Source: a virus
DNA length: 64,000 bases
Strand: one strand, 5' to 3'
IMG/VR virus record: IMGVR_UViG_3300038463_000401
Under the pieces are notes generated by a model. The model saw only the letters and a program-made list of their open reading frames with translations, was not told the origin of the DNA and made no database searches. Position 1 is the stretch's first letter, and every line of letters begins with the position of its first letter. This document shows, in pieces, positions 1 to 8,578 of this stretch. The position numbers and the translations under genes are program-made.

Positions 1-1112
1 AACCCCATGAACATGCGCGGGTCGAGACCGTACTTCTCGAATATGGCATACGCCGCTGCACGGATCTCCGGCTTCTTGTTCACCTTGTCCCAGTCCACCT
101 TCTCCTCGCCAGCGCGGAATTCAAACACCTTGCCCGGAATGGCGATGCCGGCCTGAGCGAACTTAACAAATGTCTTCAGCTCGTCCTTGCTGCGCTTAAG
201 AATCTCCTCCATCACGTTGATGTACCCGGCCAGCTTCACTGCCTTGTTCGTATCCCCAAGGATCTTGAGGTTGTCGAACTTGACGTGGTAGTCTCCGCCC
301 TCACTGACCTCGATCACCTCTTTCATCGCCGGGCATTGTGCTACGAACGGGCAGTACTGGCAGCCCTTGTGCGGCACTGGATCCCACGACGTCCGGTTCT
401 CGATGATCGCTACCTTCGTCATGATGTCGTCTTCGATCGCCGCGAGCATCTCCTTCGTCCACGCGACAGGCTCGGAGTACTTGCCGTACCGGACGAAGTG
501 CAAGACCGTGTTGATCTCGTTTAAGAACGGATGCGTCTTGGCGATTACCCATGCGTAGAAGCCCATTTGCGGCGTGTCGGCTTCCTCGATGTTTGGCTGC
601 GTCTTATGGTCGTAAACCATAGCGCTTGTAGTGTCGTCGCTAAGAAACATGATATCCGCTCGACCTCTAAACCATGCCTCGGGGTCATCGTAATCGCATT
701 CCTCAAAGGAGGATCCAGACCCATCGGCATTGAGCACAAGCTTAACTGCGAATCTAAGTTCCGTCTTAGCATCCGCGACAAGTACCTGCGGCGGCTTTTG
801 CGCATATAACTTGACCATCTCCATAATGTCTGCGGTGTCTTGATAAGCCGACGGATGGCGCGTCACCGCGGCGACGACCCAGCTACGGAGCTGTGCCTCG
901 GAGAATGTGGCACCGGCTTCGCCGGAAGCACACATCCTCTTAGTCATTTCTTCGAGGACTTCGTGCACGGCGGAGCCGCGCGCTTGTGGCAGGTTCTCTT
1001 GCTTCGCGTAGCGGTCGCTGCGCTGAGGGTCGACGTATTGTCGGTAGAAGGCATAACCGCATGTGGCGGTATCCAGCCTAGAGGGGCTGTAGGGTCCATA
1101 TTTGAGCTTCAA
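1..1112 (-). CDS. PD-(D/E)XK (RecB/Cas4-like) exonuclease, runs off the window edge
   Basis: Hand translation (not in ORF track): TTG start after AGGAGAACAC; YSPSRLDTATC, RGSAVHEVLE, RGRADI, VYDHKT, QMGFYA, CQYCPFVAQC. Confidence 0.85.
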   Translation of the reverse strand, partial: MKLKYGPYSPSRLDTATCGYAFYRQYVDPQRSDRYAKQENLPQARGSAVHEVLEEMTKRMCASGEAGATFSEAQLRSWVVAAVTRHPSAYQDTADIMEMVKLYAQKPPQVLVADAKTELRFAVKLVLNADGSGSSFEECDYDDPEAWFRGRADIMFLSDDTTSAMVYDHKTQPNIEEADTPQMGFYAWVIAKTHPFLNEINTVLHFVRYGKYSEPVAWTKEMLAAIEDDIMTKVAIIENRTSWDPVPHKGCQYCPFVAQCPAMKEVIEVSEGGDYHVKFDNLKILGDTNKAVKLAGYINVMEEILKRSKDELKTFVKFAQAGIAIPGKVFEFRAGEEKVDWDKVNKKPEIRAAAYAIFEKYGLDPRMFMG

Positions 1113-1129
1113 TGTGTTCTCCTGGGCCG

Positions 1130-1363
1130 TTAGGCCTTAACCGACTTCTTGTTCTTCTTAGCCAACGCTTCCTTTGTGTTAAACAAATCCACTAACAGAT
1201 CCCTGAGAACGTCTCCTTTGATCGACTGCATTGGCTCGAATGCACCGTCTTTGCGCCGCTCCTCGTAGCGAACGATACAGTCCGCTAATCCAGCATTATC
1301 CTTTGATAGGTAGCGGTCTACAGCTACGTCAAGCAGATCACCTGCACTCATTAGTTTCGTCAT
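1130..1363 (-). CDS. hypothetical protein (77 aa)
   Basis: ORF in operon orientation with AGGAGG upstream. Confidence 0.65.
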   Translation of the reverse strand: MTKLMSAGDLLDVAVDRYLSKDNAGLADCIVRYEERRKDGAFEPMQSIKGDVLRDLLVDLFNTKEALAKKNKKSVKA

Positions 1364-1383
1364 TTCACTTTACCTCCTAGACG

Positions 1384-1391
1384 CTTATACC
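1384..1391 (-). promoter_or_regulatory. GGTATAAG motif (possible -10 element), overlaps HNH stop codon
   Basis: Exact copy of the motif found at 7 other gene boundaries; very close to the next SD. Confidence 0.3.
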
Positions 1392-2194
1392 ATGCCCCAG
1401 CCCATATGCCGCGCCAGTTTTTCCATTCGCTCACGAAGCTGGGGCAACGACATATCCCACTTCATTCGATTGCAGTATTTACAGCATGGCACGCAGTTGT
1501 TGTAAATGTAGCCCAAGGTACTATCTTTTCGATCTATCCCGTGATGCGTCAAGGTATTTTCAGGGTCCCGACTTCTGTAGATGCAGGTCTTTTGAGAAGG
1601 GGGGTCGCCGCAATAATGGCATGACTGGGTTATTAGTTCCTCCATTTGCTGGATAGACAACTCGAAGCAGCGACCAAGCTTTTTGGCATTGGATCTGTAG
1701 GCGTTGTACTTACGACGAACAGCAGAACTAACCCCTGGCGGGCGCTTGGCCCTGAGTGCTGCCCTAGACCTGTCCCTTGCCAGGCAGCCGCAACTTTGGG
1801 TCGTTCCCCTTCTAAGCTGAGAGACTCGGACGGTAGTGGTCTCGCCGCAGTCGCAAAGACACAGCCACAGCGCGGACGAGTCACAAGAACTAGAGAGGTC
1901 TTTCCTCTCAGCTTTTGTAATGTAACGCACAGCAACCAGTCGCCCGAATCTTTCTCCCTCCAACTTTCTGAAAAACTGCGAGCCTTCGTGGCGAAGACAG
2001 CCGCAACTTCTAGTCATGCCTTTTTGCAAATGGCTTGCACGAACTAGGAGTGACGTACCACAGTCGCAAAGACAGTCCCAGTATGCCCCGGCGCCGGGCT
2101 TAGCAAGGTCGGGGCGTTCGGCCTTAGAAACGAAGCGCTTCGCAACCAAGCGACCGAACCGCGCATCAGTTATGTTTTTACACCGTCGATCCAT
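1385..2194 (-). CDS. HNH homing endonuclease with two N-terminal RFGRLVA..CLCDCG..SCGCL repeats
   Basis: CHYCG, GIDRKDSTLGY, NCVPCCKYCNRMK motifs. Confidence 0.85.
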   Translation of the reverse strand: MDRRCKNITDARFGRLVAKRFVSKAERPDLAKPGAGAYWDCLCDCGTSLLVRASHLQKGMTRSCGCLRHEGSQFFRKLEGERFGRLVAVRYITKAERKDLSSSCDSSALWLCLCDCGETTTVRVSQLRRGTTQSCGCLARDRSRAALRAKRPPGVSSAVRRKYNAYRSNAKKLGRCFELSIQQMEELITQSCHYCGDPPSQKTCIYRSRDPENTLTHHGIDRKDSTLGYIYNNCVPCCKYCNRMKWDMSLPQLRERMEKLARHMGWGMV

Positions 2195-2594
2195 GTGCCT
2201 TCACCAGCCACCAAATCACAAAATAATGTGTGCAATGGTGCCACGACTGATCGACTCCCAAAGCGAGCCAATACGGCTTCTGCGTTATGTCGTTGAACCG
2301 CCCAAGCCACTTCGGCCCCGCCTTGATCCTGTCCATGACGAAGTGACACACAAAGTCAAACGCGACCAGCCCGAGGACTAGACCACGTTTGCCCGGCGTG
2401 TACCACATCGCGTAGCTCGATATGGCTCCGGTACAGACTGCGTGGATGCCGCAGTGCGACGCCAGCGGCGCAAGAAAGTCCCACCCCGGCTTGAACTTGC
2501 CGAGGTGGTACTTCGTCTGTAACGGAAAGTCACAGATGAAATGCTTAGCCTGAAACGCCACCAACAGCACGAAGACTAGCTCTAGATCTGTCAT
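2178..2594 (-). CDS. DUF3307-like membrane protein
   Basis: KHFICDFPLQ, HCGIH, DFVCHFVMDRIK, GVDQSWHH; start trimmed to MTDLELV. Confidence 0.75.
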   Translation of the reverse strand: MTDLELVFVLLVAFQAKHFICDFPLQTKYHLGKFKPGWDFLAPLASHCGIHAVCTGAISSYAMWYTPGKRGLVLGLVAFDFVCHFVMDRIKAGPKWLGRFNDITQKPYWLALGVDQSWHHCTHYFVIWWLVKAHGSTV

Positions 2595-2781
2595 CCTTTT
2601 TCTTTCTGTCCTCGCGGGACATCTCCACAAACTCCCACAAGAGATGCCGCACGACGGTCGCCTGGGACACGTCGAGCGCCTCGCAGGTCTCTTTGAAGTC
2701 GACTGCTAGCTTGTTGTCGACCTCATACTTGGAGTTGCCTAATTTAATGAACTTGTTGTCCGGATCATTCTTCTTCGTCAT
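2545..2781 (-). CDS. possible ribbon-helix-helix DNA-binding protein
   Basis: LAVDFKETCEALDVSQATVVRHLLWEFV resembles CopG/RHH helices. Confidence 0.45.
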   Translation of the reverse strand: MTKKNDPDNKFIKLGNSKYEVDNKLAVDFKETCEALDVSQATVVRHLLWEFVEMSREDRKKKDDRSRASLRAVGGVSG

Positions 2782-2813
2782 GGCTATACGCCCCCCTTAC
2801 GGGAAGCGTAGCA

Positions 2814-3065
2814 TCATGGCGCAGGCGTTTCCACCGGAGCTGGCACTGCTTCCGGTGCAGGCTTAGGGGTGAGGGCCGCCGTCACCGCATCGCCAAATTG
2901 GCCGAGCTCTGCCGCGAACTGGTCCATCTGCCGCCCCGCCCGATCAGCCAGAACCGACGCGGCTTCAAGGTGGCCTTGGCGAATAAGGTCAAGCATGCTG
3001 CTCATGGGGCCCTGCACCAGTCCTTCAAACCGGGCACGGATCAACCCGACTTCACTCGTCTGCAT
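2814..3065 (-). CDS. hypothetical protein (83 aa)
   Basis: ORF with AGGAGG SD. Confidence 0.6.
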   Translation of the reverse strand: MQTSEVGLIRARFEGLVQGPMSSMLDLIRQGHLEAASVLADRAGRQMDQFAAELGQFGDAVTAALTPKPAPEAVPAPVETPAP

Positions 3066-3207
3066 CTAAGTCCTCCTTCGAGAGTAATTCGTCATCATCC
3101 TCAAGAGCGTCAGAGCCGAAGAGCACTTCAAACGGCTCGAATGGGCTGGGGACACCGGCGGTTATCACCGGGGTATTAGGCTCGAGGGCTAGCTGGTATA
3201 GGTCCAT
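3052..3207 (-). CDS. small acidic protein (51 aa, MDLYQLALEP...EDLDADE)
   Basis: Hand translation; fills the gap; AGAGG SD. Confidence 0.5.
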   Translation of the reverse strand: MDLYQLALEPNTPVITAGVPSPFEPFEVLFGSDALEDDDELLSKEDLDADE

Positions 3208-3229
3208 GGGTCACCTCTTGGCCAGTCTA

Positions 3230-3469
3230 TCACCGCTTGCCCTGAAGTTCTCTAGCTACTTGCTCCAAAGCCTTGATCACTAGGGCTTTTCGGTTGACTT
3301 GGAACGCCGCATCTAGGGCCATCGTCATCCCATCGTCGGGGGTCACGATCAGCGCCAACGCGAACTCCTTGACTACCTGGTGAATGGCCTTGGCTGTGTC
3401 GGCCTCACGTTTCTCCTTACTGGCCTGAAACCCCTTCTCCTGGGTGGATTGGCTGAAAGACATTGACAT
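3230..3469 (-). CDS. hypothetical protein, start uncertain
   Basis: Fills the gap downstream of the clamp gene. Confidence 0.5.
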   Translation of the reverse strand: MSMSFSQSTQEKGFQASKEKREADTAKAIHQVVKEFALALIVTPDDGMTMALDAAFQVNRKALVIKALEQVARELQGKR

Positions 3470-4517
3470 GCTCTCCGTCGGTTAGGATTAATGCCGCAAG
3501 CGGCCCCCGGTATTCTAATGTGATCTTGTCGGCCTCCATCTTAGTCAAGGCCTTCAATACAAACTCTGCATTGATGCGCATCCGCCCGCGAGCGGAGCCT
3601 GTCACCTCAACGCTTTCAACGCTATCGCCGACAGCCCCAGACGCCGACAGGTGCAGCATGATTTCGCTGAAGACAAAGTCTACCTGCTTGATCCCGCTGT
3701 CTCCCACGAGGATCATCGCGCGCTTGAGGGATTCTGCCAGGGCTTTGCGGTTCACCTCGCAAACTTCACTAGGGGTCTTAGGCAAGATGGACTTGTAGTT
3801 AGGGTAAGTCCCCGCCATCAGCCGTGTCGTCGTATAGATGCCCCCAGCGTTCAAATATAGGCTGGTCGAGTCCCCGCCAATCCCCGCCGGCCCATCGATC
3901 CCAGAATAGATCTTGGCGAGCCTCTCCACCAAAGGCGTGGATAGCATCATCGACACGGACTCTTCAACCACGAAGGCCCGGTTGGGGTAGTGGGACAGCC
4001 GGTAGCCGTCCGTCGATACGAAGTGCTCGCTGTTGATGCACACCGATCGACGATAGGGCTGCTCTGCCCTGTCGTCGTGACAATACACCACGCGGTCGAG
4101 TCCGCGCATGAACGAGGGCATGTTCAGCTCAGCGTATACCCTTCCCTGCATCCCGTAGTCCGGCATACTGACCACATCGTCCACAAGGTTTAGCTTGAAG
4201 TTGCTGCCCTTCGTGCGGATGTGCACATCTTTATCGTTTACGACAAACCCGAGCATAGCTTCCGCGGGAAGGGAGGCCACGACCTCTACAAGTAGTTTCA
4301 GGCCCAGCCCAAAGGCCCCGCCCGGGCTCGCGGATTCTACCGGCACAATAGCCTCGACGTTGATCGCCGGACTATAGGTGGAGATCTGGAGTCGGCCAGC
4401 GCCAGGCACAAGCTTGACCCCAGAGAATGCCGGCAGCGTTTGCTTATCGTCTGTGGCGGCAACCACCCGCTTTAGTACCCCATTAAGTACACTGCTTTTC
4501 ACAGAGAACTGAGACAT
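3417..4517 (-). CDS. dnaN: DNA polymerase III beta sliding clamp
   Basis: 366 aa; TLPAFSGVKL, VSTDGYRLS, RLMAGTYPNYKSILP, INAEFVLKAL match beta-clamp conserved blocks. Confidence 0.92.
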   Translation of the reverse strand: MSQFSVKSSVLNGVLKRVVAATDDKQTLPAFSGVKLVPGAGRLQISTYSPAINVEAIVPVESASPGGAFGLGLKLLVEVVASLPAEAMLGFVVNDKDVHIRTKGSNFKLNLVDDVVSMPDYGMQGRVYAELNMPSFMRGLDRVVYCHDDRAEQPYRRSVCINSEHFVSTDGYRLSHYPNRAFVVEESVSMMLSTPLVERLAKIYSGIDGPAGIGGDSTSLYLNAGGIYTTTRLMAGTYPNYKSILPKTPSEVCEVNRKALAESLKRAMILVGDSGIKQVDFVFSEIMLHLSASGAVGDSVESVEVTGSARGRMRINAEFVLKALTKMEADKITLEYRGPLAALILTDGEHVNVFQPIHPGEGVSGQ

Positions 4518-4537
4518 GTGCGTCCCTCCTTTGTTGC

Positions 4538-4545
4538 CTTATACC
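4538..4545 (-). promoter_or_regulatory. GGTATAAG promoter-like motif upstream of dnaN
   Basis: Intergenic, just after a terminator and before the SD. Confidence 0.55.
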
Positions 4546-4553
4546 GTGATAGC

Positions 4554-4579
4554 TAAAAAAGAAGGGCGAAGGCCCTTCT
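4554..4579 (-). terminator. intrinsic terminator
   Basis: agaagggc-cttc-gcccttct followed by a U-tract on the minus strand. Confidence 0.75.
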
Positions 4580-4585
4580 AAGTGG

Positions 4586-4792
4586 TCAGGCTGCCTTCGG
4601 CGCCTCGACCTTCGGGGCTTCTTCCTTAGCGAAGAAGTTTTTGATGGCATCCTTGGCACCGACTGCGATGCCCGCGGCAACCATGGAAACCAGCTTGGTT
4701 CCATTCCAGCCGATGCAGCTGCCTGCGCCAACGACCGTCGCACCAATGAACAGATTCTTAAGGGACACGTTGTTAGTATCAAACATAGACAC
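4586..4792 (-). CDS. small membrane protein (Gly/Ala-rich helices)
   Basis: AGGAGG SD; hydrophobic GxxxG-type segments. Confidence 0.65.
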   Translation of the reverse strand: MSMFDTNNVSLKNLFIGATVVGAGSCIGWNGTKLVSMVAAGIAVGAKDAIKNFFAKEEAPKVEAPKAA

Positions 4793-4873
4793 CTCCTAGT
4801 GAATATTGCTGTTAGCGCACACCTCTAGTTGCTTATGGAGGAAGCGGCACATCCATGCGCCGCCTATAACCCT

Positions 4874-5092
4874 TTAGCCGTTTACCGTACGAAGCGCTTC
4901 AGCTGCTGCCGACGCGCTCTCGTGCTCTACCAAGCGGTACTTATCAGTGATCTGTTTTGTCGCGCGACGATACGCAATACGCCAAGTAACCGCACTCACA
5001 ATCGCCATGCCCAGACCAAATGCACCGATGGTCCACTTGTTCTCCGAGATCCAGCTCTTGCCGCCAACTTCAACTGCTTGCAGATTCTCCAT
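4874..5092 (-). CDS. small single-pass membrane protein
   Basis: WTIGAFGLGMAIVSAVTW helix followed by a basic tail. Confidence 0.65.
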   Translation of the reverse strand: MENLQAVEVGGKSWISENKWTIGAFGLGMAIVSAVTWRIAYRRATKQITDKYRLVEHESASAAAEALRTVNG

Positions 5093-5239
5093 GCTTCGCT
5101 TACTCCAAACACAAACTACGTTCTGGCTAGCCGACCACCGACTATGCCACTTTCCTAACTTCCTGTGCGTTGGACTTCATGAATGCCCAACGCTTAGGAT
5201 CTGAACCGATACTGACTCTCAAGGCGAAGCCTCCTATTG

Positions 5240-5713
5240 CTAGTAGGAGCCAGCTGCCTCCGACAATGAGCTCGACCATACAAAACTCCTTGTGGCCGAC
5301 CTCAGCTTCGATACCTTGCGGAGCAAGAGCATCATTTCAGCTGTTGCGATCAAGCCCGCTTTTAGGTTTAGTTCTGACCCTGCTGCTTCTCTAAGAGCTT
5401 GGATCAAATCCGTTTCTACTAGGTTTAGATCTCGACTTACGCACATGGCATCGTCGAGGCAATCCTGAACGGCTCTGTTCTTGGTTGCGTCTCTGACAGA
5501 GCAATCGAAGAACCGTTCAAATAACTTGTCTGCCTTAAGAAGCCTAACCTGTTCCCGCGGGGAGAGGTCATCTAGGATGGAGCGGAGCCCCGCCGTATAT
5601 GGCGAGTCAGATGGGCCGAACACGATGATTCTAGGTTGCCTCGGTCCAGAAATGGCCTTGGCGAAGAGAGTTATTGCACACCCGACTAACGCTACCAAAC
5701 CAGCTGCTTCCAT
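5240..5713 (-). CDS. hypothetical protein with N-terminal hydrophobic anchor
   Basis: ORF directly downstream of tandem promoter motifs. Confidence 0.6.
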   Translation of the reverse strand: MEAAGLVALVGCAITLFAKAISGPRQPRIIVFGPSDSPYTAGLRSILDDLSPREQVRLLKADKLFERFFDCSVRDATKNRAVQDCLDDAMCVSRDLNLVETDLIQALREAAGSELNLKAGLIATAEMMLLLRKVSKLRSATRSFVWSSSLSEAAGSY

Positions 5714-5798
5714 CCTTTTTCCCCCGTCTGTAAAATTTCACAGATCCAAAACTGAGGAAAAGCATTAACCCACAAGGTTAATTCTTCTACTCAATATC

Positions 5799-5806
5799 CT
5801 TATACC
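5799..5806 (-). promoter_or_regulatory. GGTATAAG promoter-like motif
   Basis: AT-rich intergenic; preceded by ctgcaaa..ttttt. Confidence 0.6.
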
Positions 5807-5887
5807 AAAAATGGGCAGTTATTTGCAGAACTTAGGCAGGAAACAGGGCGACTAGCCCTCGTCAATTGAGACTACTTGTACATAAGG

Positions 5888-5895
5888 CTTATACC
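5888..5895 (-). promoter_or_regulatory. GGTATAAG promoter-like motif (tandem copy)
   Basis: Preceded by ctgaaaa..ttttt. Confidence 0.6.
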
Positions 5896-5901
5896 AAAAA
5901 C

Positions 5902-6180
5902 CTAGGTATTTTCAGCCTTTTCGAGGAGAGAAGCGATGCTTTCGCCGTCAGGAAGGCCGCGCCTGTGCACTGAAAGGTCAATGGCAGAGATCTCTAACAG
6001 CTTCCGGCCGGCATGGTTATAGACCCAGCCGAACTCGACGGTGCAGCCGTAGTCGGCATACCACCTAAGGAGATCCTTGTTGAACTGGATCACTGCTGAT
6101 TTCAAGTGATCCGGGGCTGTCTCCAACAGGTCCTTCACCCTGAGGGATGCCATATTTGGGGTCGAACTCTGCTCTGACAT
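5902..6180 (-). CDS. hypothetical protein
   Basis: ORF in operon orientation; start uncertain (overlaps neighbour). Confidence 0.5.
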   Translation of the reverse strand: MSEQSSTPNMASLRVKDLLETAPDHLKSAVIQFNKDLLRWYADYGCTVEFGWVYNHAGRKLLEISAIDLSVHRRGLPDGESIASLLEKAENT

Positions 6181-6616
6181 AGGCCCGTCCTTGTGGTGTG
6201 AAGTAACAGACCGCCACCGACTGGCCTTTGGTGGCCTTGGGCTGGTCTTTTGGGACTAACTTGATGATGCGCTGGCGGATGTAACCCCAGTTTTCAAGCT
6301 GTTTTAAGAGCTTCGGGGCTACGTGCCACTGCTTCTTTAGCTCGTTGCGGGTTACGGGCACCATGCGAACGCCTGCTTCCGCGATCTGGGACACCGCGGA
6401 GAAGAGGATTTCCATCGCGTCGCGGTGCTTGTCGGTGAAACCGACGGGCGCTTGACGCAGTTCATCCACTTCAAGAGGCACTTCCACGTGCTTCCCCTTG
6501 ATCTGGATGATCATGACCTCCCCGTGGATGGTCCTTTTCTTCGCCACTTCGCGGCCGTCGAGCTTCTTTAGCTCGTCTAGGATCTGCCTAGCGACTGGAT
6601 CGTTATTTGCGTCCAC
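6065..6616 (-). CDS. hypothetical protein, possible winged-helix domain
   Basis: GTG start after AAGGAG; KLLKQLENWGYI..CYFTPQGRAY is a wHTH-like pattern. Confidence 0.55.
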   Translation of the reverse strand: MDANNDPVARQILDELKKLDGREVAKKRTIHGEVMIIQIKGKHVEVPLEVDELRQAPVGFTDKHRDAMEILFSAVSQIAEAGVRMVPVTRNELKKQWHVAPKLLKQLENWGYIRQRIIKLVPKDQPKATKGQSVAVCYFTPQGRAYVRAEFDPKYGIPQGEGPVGDSPGSLEISSDPVQQGSP

Positions 6617-7181
6617 CGTCGAACCTCTCCTTAACGGCCTCAGCCACGTTTTTAACGATGTCCTCTGTGGAGAGGACGGACGTATCATACTTCGCATCGA
6701 AGACAGCACCGTCGAGAGCCGTCTCCGACGCGTGATTGGGATTCAAAGGCCAGTGCGCGCACCGTTCTTTACGAACCGATTCCGGCGCGTGCAGCTGGAT
6801 CTTGAAAGCATCAGGCCACGCGGCGAGTTGGTTAGGATGGCAGACCCGCTCAAGCAACACGATGTAGAGAAGACCCTTCTCCTCCCACAGCTTGGTGACT
6901 TGAGCGATCTTGTTCTTAGCTGCCTTGACCCATATCTCGGGGTCCTTCTTGTTGCCCCACTCGTCGCCGAGGGCCTGCAGGAGCTCGCGGTCCTTACCTC
7001 CTGCAGGCGGCTCGATACCAAAGTGTCTCCCCACCACATAAACAGCATCCGCCATCCGGTAGATCGGCTCGGCAAGGTTGCAGCAGAACACTGCGATGCC
7101 GCGAGCGCCCCAGTATTTCTGAAGCGCGCCCGTAAGCGTACTCTTGCCGCTACCCGCCTTACCGGTGACGATGATGTCCAT
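6603..7181 (-). CDS. deoxynucleoside monophosphate kinase-like P-loop protein
   Basis: GKAGSGKS, LAEPI, KDRELLQALG, IWVK, HASETALD; start trimmed to MDII. Confidence 0.8.
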   Translation of the reverse strand: MDIIVTGKAGSGKSTLTGALQKYWGARGIAVFCCNLAEPIYRMADAVYVVGRHFGIEPPAGGKDRELLQALGDEWGNKKDPEIWVKAAKNKIAQVTKLWEEKGLLYIVLLERVCHPNQLAAWPDAFKIQLHAPESVRKERCAHWPLNPNHASETALDGAVFDAKYDTSVLSTEDIVKNVAEAVKERFDGGRK

Positions 7182-7384
7182 TAGGTTTTGCACTCCCCTA
7201 CTTCGTGTTCCGCGACAGCTATGCCCGCAGCAGTACCCAGCGTCACCGGCCAAACGATCGCCAGGGCCACGACCACAAGACCGTTGGCGTTGTCGTGCAC
7301 TAGTTTATCTTTGCATGGGTCAAAGTCCCGCAAAGCAGATAGGAACGACCAAGCCATAACGGCGATTACCAGGTAACGCCACAT
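7181..7384 (-). CDS. small two-helix membrane protein
   Basis: Two hydrophobic segments; ALAIVWPV. Confidence 0.6.
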   Translation of the reverse strand: MWRYLVIAVMAWSFLSALRDFDPCKDKLVHDNANGLVVVALAIVWPVTLGTAAGIAVAEHEVGECKT

Positions 7385-8511
7385 CAGATCAAGCCCCCCG
7401 ACGCTTCCACTGGCGCCGGCGATTCCGATGCTGGCGGGGGTTGGTCCACAACTGCTGCCGCAGGAGGCGGTGCAGCCTTCGCAGCCTTGGCTGCCAAGTC
7501 TTTGCCCTCCTTCGCGATCATCTCAAGCAACGCCTTCTTCGGGTCAGGCTTGCCTTCGCACTTGCGCGCCTTGATCAGCCGGTCCTTCGGCGATAGCTCG
7601 CCGCCCAGGACTTGCTCGAGGCGCTTGAAGTATGCTTGGACCTCTTGGTCACCCAAGAGTGCCTCGGCTGCCGAGACTTTGACCTCAGCGTCCGCTACCG
7701 CAACATCCAAGTGCGGCACATCCGCAATCGGAGCCTCAAGAAGCTGAGGGGGCGCTTGCCACTTAACCTTGGGCGACTCAAGAAGCTGAATGCTCTTTGA
7801 CATACCCTCAAGAGCCTTTTGATCTTGGATTGGCTTGATCAACACAACCCACTGAGCAACCTTCTGCTCCCGGCCATTAGCATCGAACTTGGTGAAGGAC
7901 TTCTGCTCCTTGACTAACTTGAAGGGAATACCGCTGATCTTGCCGTCGTTCCTTTGCTGAATCCACTTAAGCTGATCGTAGATCGCCTTGATCGTTGTCC
8001 ACGAGGTCGTGCTGATCTGGTACACGCCGTACGGTGATACCTTGGGCAGGTACACGTAGATCTTCATGTTCGGCTTGCACTGGGGGTTGCCTTTCGCATC
8101 CTTCCAGTCTGAGCAGCTTTGTGCGAGGCACGGACGCGAAGGCACGATGCCTGTCGTAGGGTCGCGCTTGTCAAAGAACTGCGCTGTGCCAGGCTGGCCG
8201 TCTTCAGAGGGGCCGTTGCCTTTGCAACGCAGCACACCTGAGATCGGCTTGCCGTTCTTATCCTTAGCCCCAGGACGCCACCACATAAACCACGTTGGCA
8301 CGCACGCATCCAGGTCATCAGACGGGAACACCACGTCTAACTCTGTTGGCGCAGGGCCGTAGACTTCTTCAACGTTCGGCGCGTCATGCACTACGAAGTG
8401 ACTGGCGTTGTCCGGGCGCTCGCCGCCGCCCTGCGTCTTTACTTTCACCCCTAGGCGAACGGTTCCAAGGATAGGTGCCTGGTCTCTGGATGCGATAGTC
8501 TGAATGGCCAT
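7384..8511 (-). CDS. Gp3-like (recombination directionality factor-like) protein
   Basis: LGTVRLGVK, RPDNASHF, RCKGNG, CKPNMK, GVYQISTTSW resemble the phiC31/phiBT1 gp3-like family; GGAGAACAC RBS. Confidence 0.65.
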   Translation of the reverse strand: MAIQTIASRDQAPILGTVRLGVKVKTQGGGERPDNASHFVVHDAPNVEEVYGPAPTELDVVFPSDDLDACVPTWFMWWRPGAKDKNGKPISGVLRCKGNGPSEDGQPGTAQFFDKRDPTTGIVPSRPCLAQSCSDWKDAKGNPQCKPNMKIYVYLPKVSPYGVYQISTTSWTTIKAIYDQLKWIQQRNDGKISGIPFKLVKEQKSFTKFDANGREQKVAQWVVLIKPIQDQKALEGMSKSIQLLESPKVKWQAPPQLLEAPIADVPHLDVAVADAEVKVSAAEALLGDQEVQAYFKRLEQVLGGELSPKDRLIKARKCEGKPDPKKALLEMIAKEGKDLAAKAAKAAPPPAAAVVDQPPPASESPAPVEASGGLI

Positions 8512-8578
8512 GTGTTCTCCAAAATAATCTGTGGTGTAATCTCACCACAAGTCTTTTACCCAGTGCGCAGCACTTCTT

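Noticed and set aside
1-1112. Cas4 as part of a CRISPR-Cas locus
   Set aside because: No cas1/cas2 or array in the window; the context is phage replication (left flank not visible)
6498-7184. 228-aa plus-strand ORF opposite the kinase
   Set aside because: Antisense shadow of a well-supported gene
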